Assembly (NCBI GenBank): GCA_034717055.1
Contig: JAYELB010000185.1
Coordinates: 1-30,094, forward strand
Direction of reading: 5' to 3'
From: Methanobacteriota archaeon
GTDB taxonomy: Archaea > Halobacteriota > Methanosarcinia > Methanosarcinales > Methanogasteraceae
DNA length: 30,094 nt
Every line of letters begins with the position of its first letter. Position 1 is the first letter of the stretch. Both the position numbers and the translations under genes were made by a program. The notes beneath the pieces are model-generated. The model did not search any database. It was not told the DNA's origin and saw nothing but the letters and a program-made list of their open reading frames with translations. Of the stretch, positions 1 to 8,154 are shown in pieces.

Positions 1-170
1 ACGCAGGTGCACATGATGCATACTGCTGCAACCCACTGATCAAGGTCTGCTTCGCTGACCCATCACTGGTATTCGACTTCGCTGACATCAGGAAGGAGTA
101 CGCAAAGGGTGCGATGCGAACCTTCCGGCCAGCAGGCGAGCGCAGTCTGGTTATACCAGCAGGCGTATAG
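1..170 (+). CDS. mcrA: Methyl-coenzyme M reductase alpha subunit, 3' end (partial, runs off the window's left edge)
   Basis: Frame starting at nt 3 translates to [55 protein letters not shown], with TAG at 168-170. [10 protein letters not shown]...FDF...KGA.R.F.PAGERSL.IPA is the conserved McrA C-terminus. Too short for the ORF track. Confidence 0.95.
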   Translation, partial: AGAHDAYCCNPLIKVCFADPSLVFDFADIRKEYAKGAMRTFRPAGERSLVIPAGV

Positions 171-204
171 GCGACATAGTCGCCTTTCCTTTTTTCTTTT
201 TTTC
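169..204 (+). terminator. mcr operon terminator: hairpin plus oligo-T tracts
   Basis: AGGCGAC-ATA-GTCGCCT 7-bp stem (169-185) followed by two T7 runs, directly after the mcrA stop. Confidence 0.75.
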
Positions 205-512
205 TTGTACCAAGCGTCAGCTTCTGTTGTTTGGGGTATGTAATGCACGAAAGAGCGCAAAAACAAGGATATGAGTATTAAGTATCTACATTTTATATTT
301 GCATTTCTTGTTTACCCGACCATAAGATGTAAAACCACAGAGAGGACAGGCGTGCTGAGATAAGTTCATACTCGCCGGCTGGTGAAAATCCAGCCTGAGT
401 AAAGGTTAGTCACCACCTCAGAACAGAACCCCGCACGCAGTCTGGTAACAGGCTGCAGCGTTTGCATCGTCCTAACGGACATGGTTGGAGCACTCAGTGG
501 TTGCTTGTTTTG

Positions 513-851
513 TCGAACCAGATGCCAGTTTCGTTCATTAACTGCTTTTGTGATTCTGGTTTGCAGCCTGTTAACATGTTCTTCAACATTTGCCGTATGT
601 GTTTAGCTGTAATCTCATGGTTGGCTAATCCTACTTTGTCACATTACAGACAAATCAATAACGGGCGATGACATGACCCCAAACCGTTTGGAAAACAAAA
701 CCAACATCAAGCGCCTGAATGCGTGGTTAATCTGACAAAGTAATACTAAACACGTACCATTTGCCCAGTTAATACCGGTCCACTGTGGTTTAAGTTGAAT
801 GTATGTAAGTCTCTCGCTTTTTAATGGCGTAATTGAACTACTTACATTCTC
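513..851 (-). pseudogene. N-terminal remnant of a group II intron-encoded reverse transcriptase/maturase, interrupted by a MITE
   Basis: Removing 595-757 plus one TSD copy restores the frame ENVSSSITPLKSERLTYIQLKPQWTGINWANVEEHVNRLQTRITKAVNERNWHLVR, the W..I.W...E..V..LQ.RI.KA motif typical of intron RT N-termini. An AAGGAGG RBS sits at 865-859, but the start codon is lost and the rest of the RT is absent. Confidence 0.8.
595..757. mobile_element. 163-bp MITE with 12-bp terminal inverted repeats and 8-bp target duplication
   Basis: TIRs GTATGTGTTTAG (595-606) and CTAAACACGTAC (746-757), 1 mismatch. Direct repeat CATTTGCC at 587-594 and 758-765. Subterminal inverted repeat TACTTTGTCA (632-641) / TGACAAAGTA (733-742). 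Confidence 0.85.
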
Positions 852-1308
852 AGGTTTGCCTCCTTGCATACAATGAAACACCAATTTGGTAAGTCAGCAC
901 CATTTCTGGCTAATGCAAATTTTGAACCTCTATCCGATCCATTACAGATCGATATTTGCTTTTTACTGAATCTTCTACGCCCTATGCCATCGTTTGCCCT
1001 TACGGGGTCACTACCCGGTTTTCCCGGGAGCATATAGGGCGAACCCGGGTTCTACATCACAGATAATTATAAAAACCTTAGAAGCCATCTGTAAGCCGGG
1101 AACCTTATGTCCATTCCCTATAACGTCAATCCAGCCAGTATAGTCCGATTCCTCACCTTTTGGTCTAAGCGTACAGGTGGATCTCATGGATGCTTAACAA
1201 CACACATATAGTGGGATGTTATCATCGAGCCTGCATTTGGGTAAGTTATTTATTGGGGCTTACCTTACGGAAATGCTGCCCGATACTAAAAAGGATTATG
1301 AGATGCGC

Positions 1309-1384
1309 AAGCGTGTATGAGGTGAAAGTCTCACGTACCGTTCTGAGATGAGGAGTGGCGGGTAACTGCCCCCCCTTAATCGGC
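1309..1384 (+). ncRNA. Group II intron domains V and VI (mutated)
   Basis: AAGCGTGTATGAG-GTGAAAGT-CTCA-CG-TACCGTTC matches the DV consensus GAGC(C/G)GTATGAGGTGAAAGTCTCACGTAC(G/C)GTTC, with a G>A change and one inserted T. DVI is GATGAGG...GGCGG-GTAA-CTGCC...CCTT-A-ATC, with the bulged A at 1378, 7 nt from the inferred 3' end. The end reads GC rather than the usual AY. Confidence 0.8.
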
Positions 1385-1455
1385 GGTTATCATGTCTTGA
1401 CAGAAAGCACAAGATCGCAATCAGGCGACCAATTAGCATACCTGAATAGTCTATT

Positions 1456-2556
1456 TCACAAAAACTCGACATCGTCGTCGACCGGCGTGGTTATGGCGGT
1501 TCCATCGCGAGCGTCGATCATGACGCTACCATTCATACCTTTAACCTCCCAGACTGGCAAGTACACAAGTTCCATCTCGAGATCGATGTCCTTCGCCAGG
1601 GGCCTCACTGTCCTGTGCTCAGTGATGACGGCGCCACCTGATGTACTGGTAGATGCCATGTTTTTCGTATTGCTCTCGATCGCATCATTCAGCATCCCCT
1701 CTCTGGCTTCGATTTTCGCCACGGTAGGACTTTTTATCTCGTAATTCTGACAGGGAACTGATATGGAATCGCACACATTCTGCAAGTGCTCGTGTTTCTC
1801 TCTGTTAAGGGCATTGATCGCGCCCGACCCTTCTGCTGCTATATGTATCGTCTTCGTCTTATACTTACGGTGCGTATCGATGACATATCTATAATTCCAG
1901 AACGGAACAAACTCTATGGCAACGCCGGTTACGCCTCTGACAAACCCCTTCGCAGTCGCGATCGCACGCTTCTCATCCACGCGTATAGCCGCGCATCGAA
2001 GTTGTAGTGCATCACGCGAATCGTCCGCGGCCTCGATGATCTCCAGAATCCTGCCCGCAGAATAGTCCGGATGGTCTTGAGACTCATAGTAGTCCCCATG
2101 TGGTGCATACTTCTGGTACTCCGGAGGTTCATATTCAGGAGACTTCTGGTACTCCGGAGGTTCATATTCAGGAGACTTCTGGTACTCCTGCCCCAGAAGA
2201 TCATAGCGTGCGTCTTCTGCCTCTGCAAGCATCGCCTTTCCGATGCGAATCTCAAGTTCGGCGCGATCCCACATCCTGATGTTGTACTGCTCCGCGAAGC
2301 GCGCCATCCGGTCAGTGATCTCGTCCGATATGAAAATCGAATCGTAAGCCCCCTGCACCGCATCTGCGAAGTACCTCAGATCGGTCTCGGTCCCGCCATA
2401 CTGGATGCAAGTCATCCCGCCGTCCTTCGCAACAACCAGATCAGTTCGCGGATGGGTTCCCCGGATCGGGGGATTCGTATCATACCCCTGCGAACTTAGA
2501 ATATTTGTAAGAAGATCGAATAGGATTTGCTTGTTCACCATATTCCTCACACACAT
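1456..2556 (-). CDS. Hypothetical protein with a possible restriction-endonuclease-like (Mrr-type) N-terminal domain
   Basis: 366-aa ORF. The N-terminal DLVVAKDG...CIQ and later S.I.I....T.....FA...NI.MWDR.EL pattern recalls Mrr-like folds, but the catalytic Lys after Q is not evident. Abuts the cfbC stop. Confidence 0.6.
   Translation of the reverse strand: MCVRNMVNKQILFDLLTNILSSQGYDTNPPIRGTHPRTDLVVAKDGGMTCIQYGGTETDLRYFADAVQGAYDSIFISDEITDRMARFAEQYNIRMWDRAELEIRIGKAMLAEAEDARYDLLGQEYQKSPEYEPPEYQKSPEYEPPEYQKYAPHGDYYESQDHPDYSAGRILEIIEAADDSRDALQLRCAAIRVDEKRAIATAKGFVRGVTGVAIEFVPFWNYRYVIDTHRKYKTKTIHIAAEGSGAINALNREKHEHLQNVCDSISVPCQNYEIKSPTVAKIEAREGMLNDAIESNTKNMASTSTSGGAVITEHRTVRPLAKDIDLEMELVYLPVWEVKGMNGSVMIDARDGTAITTPVDDDVEFL
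2109..2188. repeat. 33-bp coding tandem repeat (about 2.4 copies; EYQKSPEYEPP)
   Basis: Unit ACTTCTGGTACTCCGGAGGTTCATATTCAGGAG starts at 2109, 2142 and 2175 (third copy partial). No spacers. Confidence 0.95.
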
Positions 2557-3354
2557 CTATATATTGAGCAGTTCACGGAGGCTATCATCCTCCATCGGAG
2601 CTGGTATCGCTGAATGTTCGCAGTCCATGATCGCTTTTGCAAGCTTGCGGTACACATCTGCGATTGTAGAGTCCGGTGCACTTTCGAGCACAGAGAACCC
2701 TCGGCGCTCGCAGTCCTGCACGATATCGTCTTTCGGGATAAATGCAACGAGTTCGCTCCCAATTCTGCCAGCAAATTCAGTTATGATCTCTTCTTCTCGT
2801 GGAACGTTTCTTGAATTGCATATTACCCCGCTAAGCGGCATCTTCAGCTTCAAAAGCCCTTTGCAGATGTTGTTTGCAGCATAAATTGGCATGTATTCGC
2901 CTGAAGAGATGATATATGCCTCACTAACAAGCCCCTTTCGGATCGGCGCCACAAAGCCGCCGCATACAATATCCCCTGGCACGTCGTAGATCACAAGATC
3001 GCTATCTGTAAGTGCTGTTGTGATCTTCTGTAGTTCTGTGACCGCAACGATGATCCCCCTGCCAGCACATCCGACACCTGGCTCTGGTCCGCCGACCTCG
3101 ATACATTTTACGCCTTTGTAACCCTCGTAGACGACATTCGCCTCAGATATCTCGGCCCCCTGCCGCATTAGATCCATCACTGTCGGAATCCGCCTACCCT
3201 TAAGCAGCGTAATCGAAGAATCGCTCTTCGGGTCGCAACCGATGATGGTAACTGAATACCCATCATCCGCGCACGCTGCTGCGACATTCGAGGCGGTGCT
3301 GGACTTACCGATTCCGCCTTTGCCATATATCGCTATTCTTCTTGTTTGGTACAT
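2557..3354 (-). CDS. cfbC: Ni-sirohydrochlorin a,c-diamide reductive cyclase, ATP-dependent reductase subunit (NifH-like, F430 biosynthesis)
   Basis: [56 protein letters not shown] and [16 protein letters not shown] match the Methanosarcinales CfbC/NflH type rather than true NifH. Confidence 0.9.
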   Translation of the reverse strand: MYQTRRIAIYGKGGIGKSSTASNVAAACADDGYSVTIIGCDPKSDSSITLLKGRRIPTVMDLMRQGAEISEANVVYEGYKGVKCIEVGGPEPGVGCAGRGIIVAVTELQKITTALTDSDLVIYDVPGDIVCGGFVAPIRKGLVSEAYIISSGEYMPIYAANNICKGLLKLKMPLSGVICNSRNVPREEEIITEFAGRIGSELVAFIPKDDIVQDCERRGFSVLESAPDSTIADVYRKLAKAIMDCEHSAIPAPMEDDSLRELLNI

Positions 3355-3593
3355 GCGTTCTCAAGCGCTGCTATATACTCCTGATATGCTGAGATCAGAC
3401 CGATTGTTTTGTCCATGAAACCATGAACGCGCTCGTAAAACTCTTTGACATACGCCTCTTCATCCGGACAATCATCTTCTGACAGTTCCGATATTGATCC
3501 GGAGAACTCTGAAAACTCTTTTTCGCGAACATTCACCGCATCACTAAGTTCAAGTAATACTTCTGTATCCATGTTTGAAACTTGCGCGTCCAT
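3333..3593 (-). CDS. Small acidic helical hypothetical protein (86 aa)
   Basis: Overlaps the cfbC start by 22 nt on the same strand, with an AT-rich region upstream. Confidence 0.7.
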   Translation of the reverse strand: MDAQVSNMDTEVLLELSDAVNVREKEFSEFSGSISELSEDDCPDEEAYVKEFYERVHGFMDKTIGLISAYQEYIAALENACTKQEE

Positions 3594-3894
3594 AGTATTT
3601 AATAATGATTAATGGGGGGAAGCTATTGTCTTATGGTGTCAACAATCCGGTTATGGATTCCCCAAAAGTTAATATGTCAAGCATAGTTTATTTCAGTAGA
3701 TAGTATATAAAAATCTGGTTAAAATCACGAATGACACGAATTTTATGAATCGCCCAAGTACGAGTGCATCAAAATCACACATACTGAAAGTTTTAGAGAC
3801 ACGTGTTATGTGCCAATAAACTAGATACGTTCGTGATATTCATGTTAAATATCTTGCATCAACACATTAATTATGCGCGGTTACTAAAAATTTA

Positions 3895-5004
3895 TCACAC
3901 CACAAACCTCTTCCCAATCGTGGTGAGATTCTCGCACCCCGAGCCCGTGACTACAACCAGATCCTCGATCCTGATACCACCGATCTCAGGGTCGTACAAC
4001 CCGGGCTCAACGGTGATCGCATTCCCTGCTTTGAGCACCTCACCGCCGACACCTATATGTGGCACCTCATGGACATCCAGCCCAACTCCGTGCCCGGTAG
4101 AGTGGATAAAGAGTTTTCTGTACCCGGCATCCTCAAAGACGCCGCACGCCGCATCGTGAACCTCCTCGCCAGATACGCCTTCCCGCACCACTCGAAGAGC
4201 GGCAGTCTGCGCATCCAGCACTGCATCATACATCTCAGATAGTGCCCGCGATGGGTGGCCCCGCGCAACCGTGCGGGTCATATCCGCGTAGTACCGCTCC
4301 ATCTTAAGGCGGGGGAAGATATCGATCACGATGCTCTCGTCTACCCGCAGTGCGCCCCTACCCGCGTTGTGCGGATCTGCTGCGCCCTTCCCGCCTGCAA
4401 CAATAGTCTCCTCTGATTCGCAGCCGCATCTGATCAGGGCGTACTCGATCTCAGTCCTGACCTGCTCGGACGTCAATGGCTGGTCAGAGCCCGGGACTGT
4501 CAGAACGCCTCTTCTGATATCTGCTCTTCGTATCAGATCGATCGCACTCTGCATGGCAGATTCGCAGCAGACCTGCGCCTTTTTGATGTATTCAATCTCT
4601 TCTCTGGTCTTTACGGATCGCAATTTTCTGATCGGACTCTGTACTGGGATGATCTTATATCCGTCACCTCTCAATTCGTCTGCAAGGAATACCGGGAAGT
4701 TATGCGGGACATTGACTTCGGTTACGCCCTCGTCGTGCAGCAGTTCTGATATAACCAGGGATTGTGCGCGGTCCCTCCCATATTGTTTCAATTTCTCGAT
4801 TATGCTGTAATCTGACGTTGTGCGGATATCACTGATCCGCGATTCCTTGCGGGCGCGACCAAGTTCCATCTCCGGCACCATGAGAATATCCCCGCCTCCT
4901 GATCTTAAATATAAAAATTGATCTGGCGCAAGGAACCGGGTCACATAGTACAGGTCCTGATCATGGATGCTGTTGTCGATTATGAGGAAGGGGGTGGGAG
5001 TCAT
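3895..5004 (-). CDS. Xaa-Pro aminopeptidase/dipeptidase, M24B family
   Basis: Metal-binding motifs DIFP...YYADMTRT, HSTGHGVGLDVHE, TVEPGLY and GGIRIEDLV. Confidence 0.93.
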   Translation of the reverse strand: MTPTPFLIIDNSIHDQDLYYVTRFLAPDQFLYLRSGGGDILMVPEMELGRARKESRISDIRTTSDYSIIEKLKQYGRDRAQSLVISELLHDEGVTEVNVPHNFPVFLADELRGDGYKIIPVQSPIRKLRSVKTREEIEYIKKAQVCCESAMQSAIDLIRRADIRRGVLTVPGSDQPLTSEQVRTEIEYALIRCGCESEETIVAGGKGAADPHNAGRGALRVDESIVIDIFPRLKMERYYADMTRTVARGHPSRALSEMYDAVLDAQTAALRVVREGVSGEEVHDAACGVFEDAGYRKLFIHSTGHGVGLDVHEVPHIGVGGEVLKAGNAITVEPGLYDPEIGGIRIEDLVVVTGSGCENLTTIGKRFVV

Positions 5005-5233
5005 GTTTCAAGCCGCGATAAACATCTGTTTTTAGCTAATTAAAAAAAGATTTGATATAACTCTTCTGCTTGTTTAGGGCTGCCGACATAGGTGGTGCAA
5101 GGGGGGAAGCACCTCTTTAGTAAACGAACGTCGGAGGACTGAACAAGGGGTAAAGTGCGATACAACCATTCGAGGGGATGTTCTCTTATCAATCAAATAT
5201 CGACGATAGGGTAAGAAATATAATATTCTTTTT

Positions 5234-6274
5234 TTATGGTGTGTAGTCCCGCAGTATCGAGCCGTCACGATTTAAGAGGACGATGCGCACGCCCGGAGCA
5301 TCTCCTTTTGCAGCGGCAAGCGTCCGGTCGATCCGTACATCATCAGGGTTTCGGTCGATTAATTCCTGAGTCGTGAGACTGCCGGATCCGCGCAATATAT
5401 CAGGATCGATCCATTTCAGGATCAGTCCCGGAAGTCCGGAGATAATCACTTCGCTTTTGTCCTTTGCAGCAGCAAGTCCCTCCGAGATCCGGTTTCCTAC
5501 CATGACAACCGTGTGATCCGGAAACAGCATATTCGAGTATCTCATGCCAAGGCGTCCGGTGGTCAGCACCACCCGATCTGCCTGCCGTATCAGTTCATGC
5601 TTCGTCTCGAGTAGGTGCTCGTTCCACGGCTCGACAAAACCTGTTGTTCCAAGTATCGATATGCCTCCGATGACTCCGACCCTGCTGTTCAGCGTCTCGA
5701 GACCAATTTCCTCACCTCGTGGAACATAGATCAGAACGTCTACACCGGAAATGCCGATCTCGCGTACAGCTTCTCTGATTGCGGTGCGTATCTGCTTCAT
5801 CGGCACCGGATTGATCGCAGGCACACCCCTCTTAACCCCGATGCCGATCCCTGCTCTAATCGATATACCATCACCGGAATTATCAGCATTGTCTACATTA
5901 TCAGCATTACCAGCACCGCCTGATTCATGCGCTTCTGCCACAATCTCGATCCCGCCTGTGATATCGAACCCATGATCTCCGCAGTCCTTGATCGCAGATG
6001 CCCTGCCACATGATGCCGAGACTGGCAGTGCCACCTCGATTCCAACCGGTGTCAGGACGGTGACGTGCTCGATTGTGCGTTTGAGTGAGAGCACAGCCGC
6101 CTTTGCCGCTGCTGTCGCAGTCGTTCCTGTGGTATACCCGCGCCGCAACACCGAGCCATCAGCGAGCAGTACGAGACGCCCGCTTGTTATGCCCGTTCTC
6201 AGTTCGTATTCAGGGAGTGTAGCGCGCTCTATCCATTCAGGAGGGATTTCGAAGTTGTTGACAGGGTCTTTCAT
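5234..6274 (-). CDS. cbiD: Cobalt-precorrin-5B C1-methyltransferase
   Basis: LRRGYTTGTTATAAAKAA, KDCGDHGFDITGG, PAINPVP and GGISILGTTGFVEPW motifs. Confidence 0.93.
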   Translation of the reverse strand: MKDPVNNFEIPPEWIERATLPEYELRTGITSGRLVLLADGSVLRRGYTTGTTATAAAKAAVLSLKRTIEHVTVLTPVGIEVALPVSASCGRASAIKDCGDHGFDITGGIEIVAEAHESGGAGNADNVDNADNSGDGISIRAGIGIGVKRGVPAINPVPMKQIRTAIREAVREIGISGVDVLIYVPRGEEIGLETLNSRVGVIGGISILGTTGFVEPWNEHLLETKHELIRQADRVVLTTGRLGMRYSNMLFPDHTVVMVGNRISEGLAAAKDKSEVIISGLPGLILKWIDPDILRGSGSLTTQELIDRNPDDVRIDRTLAAAKGDAPGVRIVLLNRDGSILRDYTP

Positions 6275-6405
6275 TTATGTTTTCTGTGTTATGGATTTCG
6301 TTATAATAAGTTGATGCTTTTTTTAGATCGGTACATCAGATTCAAGGGATTGTCGCATCACATGTGTTAGATCAACCATGGATGGTGTGCATACCATCAT
6401 GCAAA

Positions 6406-6589
6406 GTAACTACTCACCCCCATTGAAACACTATCAAGAGGCTTTGCTTGTAATCTAAAATTTGCTGCTGTTCGGTCTTGTGATTTGGTGAAATCGACTG
6501 CGGAAGACTGCGGCGGTCAATGCTTCTCAAAAAGCAGGCAAACAACTTTTCGCTATCGGTATCCCCGATTAGAGGGGGTGAGTAGTTAC
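6406..6589. mobile_element. 184-bp MITE with 16-bp perfect TIRs and 8-bp TSD (IS66-like termini)
   Basis: GTAACTACTCACCCCC (6406-6421) / GGGGGTGAGTAGTTAC (6574-6589). CATGCAAA is duplicated at 6398-6405 and 6590-6597. No transposase inside. Confidence 0.92.
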
Positions 6590-6708
6590 CATGCAAAATC
6601 CTAAATCGATGAAGGGTGGTAGATCCGGTGCAACCTCTCTGAATCCAGTATATCTATATGTCGTGGAAATCAAAGGATGAGTGTAGCGTGTTTCGTCTAT
6701 GACATATG

Positions 6709-7245
6709 TCATCCCTGGCAGTAGATAGGAGGATCAGTATGGTAACTATCGATATATCCAGTGTCATAAGGTCTGTACCGCTGAAAATAGAACAGCAATA
6801 AACCGACGAGTAGTAGGGCATTCAAGCCAACAGGGAGCAGCCATTTGGATTCAAATGCTAAAACATTAATGATACATTGGACTACAGAAATAGTTGTCAA
6901 AAGTAGGATAAGTTGGTTCATCATGTGGCTATCATCATGCGCCTGTTTTCCAAATTTTATATTATATTTATTACGTAAATTTATAGATATGTGATTTATC
7001 ATCTTGATTTTATGTTCCAGCTTTCTACCAAGTATCTTTTCCAAGTCTTCTTCTTCGAGTAGTGATTTATACAATGCAACAGAACGATCACAAAGCTCGA
7101 TCAACTTTTCAGAATTGATCTCATCGCTATCAATTAATTCACTGATGCTTTCCATCACATTGGAATATACCGTGACAGCCTCCGGAATTACTTTACCTGC
7201 CTCGTCGGGTTCGTTTAGGTATCCACCATTCATACCATTGCACAA
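6709..7245 (-). CDS. Unknown protein with a helical region and two C-terminal hydrophobic segments; may be the 3' part of a gene broken at the TGA at 7252-7254
   Basis: 178-aa ORF (TTG at 7245, or ATG at 7233). Hydrophobic segments QLILLLTTISVVQCIINVLAF and WLLPVGLNALLLVGLLLFYF. In frame with the upstream ORF. AT-rich. Confidence 0.6.
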   Translation of the reverse strand: MCNGMNGGYLNEPDEAGKVIPEAVTVYSNVMESISELIDSDEINSEKLIELCDRSVALYKSLLEEEDLEKILGRKLEHKIKMINHISINLRNKYNIKFGKQAHDDSHMMNQLILLLTTISVVQCIINVLAFESKWLLPVGLNALLLVGLLLFYFQRYRPYDTGYIDSYHTDPPIYCQG

Positions 7246-7251
7246 AAATAA

Positions 7252-8154
7252 TCAGGTCAGACTCAAGTAATCGTTGACCAATCTGTTGGTTACCGCTAGG
7301 GCGGAATATTGTTCGGTTAGATTCGTGATCACCCGATGATCCGGACCAATCTCATAGTTCAATGTCTTTGTAGGAATTTTCTTATTAGCCTGATATATAA
7401 TCATCTTGCTTTGCTTTGCTTCGACTCTATCAATAGCATCTCGAATTGCTTCAGGGGTTATCGGCTTCGCATTGGATATTAACGTTCCATTAGGCAGTAA
7501 CACATGGTATGCATCCAATATCTTTTTTTTGTCCAGAGCACGTCCGACGTCAGCGCAATGGGGCGAGAACTCAAATTCGGTTTTGCCGTTTGCAAGCACA
7601 GACTCAATAATAACATCGATATCAGGATCGTTGGATTCTACACTTGCTATATTACTAATGTATTTAACACCACCCAATGAAAACGATTCCGGAATTTCTT
7701 TATGGATAAACCTGCAGATGTCTTCTTCTTTTTCAAAAATCGAATTCATTAAATTTGCGGTTGTCATGGCATCACGGAGATGTTCTCTAAAATCCAAGTT
7801 TGCAGAAACTGTGATCTTTGCTCGGCTTCCTTCAACTCGATTACAAACATGGACGCGCAAGATGAGTTCATCTACTGTAACACCATTCATTTTAATATTA
7901 TTAAATTTTGTTAGCTTTATATGTTCGTTTCCTTTTGTGGGCTCAAATCTTGGTGCATGATACTCTATATCCGCTTCGCTTACCTCTAACATCTCACTGA
8001 GTTCACCAACAATGTTTCCATGAGTGAATATTTCGTTGAGTTCTTTGCCCACGGTCACGATACTACTATCTTCCGGTTCCGGTTTAAATCCATGATCGGT
8101 CCACAAAACAGTAGTTATATCTGCAGCCTCGAAGGTTATATCACCTGAAACCAA
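7252..8154 (-). CDS. Hypothetical protein (300 aa)
   Basis: Long AT-rich ORF with a TTG start 6 nt after a GGAGGTG RBS (8167-8161). No motif recognised. Confidence 0.7.
   Translation of the reverse strand: MVSGDITFEAADITTVLWTDHGFKPEPEDSSIVTVGKELNEIFTHGNIVGELSEMLEVSEADIEYHAPRFEPTKGNEHIKLTKFNNIKMNGVTVDELILRVHVCNRVEGSRAKITVSANLDFREHLRDAMTTANLMNSIFEKEEDICRFIHKEIPESFSLGGVKYISNIASVESNDPDIDVIIESVLANGKTEFEFSPHCADVGRALDKKKILDAYHVLLPNGTLISNAKPITPEAIRDAIDRVEAKQSKMIIYQANKKIPTKTLNYEIGPDHRVITNLTEQYSALAVTNRLVNDYLSLT

Larger units (their letters stand above)
348..1384 (+). mobile_element. Degenerate group II intron (IIB, chloroplast-like class by resemblance) with an inverted internal segment
   Basis: The 5' end has (A)GGCG-TGCTGAGATAAG and a GGCTGG-TGAAAAT-CCAGCC D1 hairpin. 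A domain V and domain VI with a bulged A lie at the 3' end (1309-1384). Segment ~513-1260 reads on the minus strand as D1d-D4-like sequence plus the start of an intron RT ORF. Confidence 0.75.

Noticed and set aside
63-266. 67-aa minus-strand ORF from the track
   Set aside because: Antisense shadow of the mcrA 3' end and terminator; the KKKRKK stretch comes from the T tracts.
311-320. TTTACCCGAC resembling the 3' end of a second group II intron
   Set aside because: No DV/DVI structure upstream; probably chance.
462-1033. Short track ORFs 462-671(+), 639-884(-) and 842-1033(-) as real genes
   Set aside because: They fall within intron RNA and MITE sequence; only part of 639-884 is meaningful, as the RT remnant.
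2109-2188. 33-bp and 90-bp (29746-29990) repeats as CRISPR arrays
   Set aside because: Head-to-tail, in-frame coding repeats without unique spacers, and no cas genes.
2557-3354. nifH / nitrogen fixation
   Set aside because: Sequence matches the CfbC (NflH) type, and there are no nifDK or nifI neighbours.
5060-5230. Possible structured RNA between the peptidase gene and cbiD
   Set aside because: Only short, weak stems and no recognisable riboswitch or tRNA features.
7252-7254. TGA as selenocysteine
   Set aside because: No Sec-type redox motif context and no SECIS identified; Sec use is not typical of this order. A nonsense mutation or a true stop is more likely.
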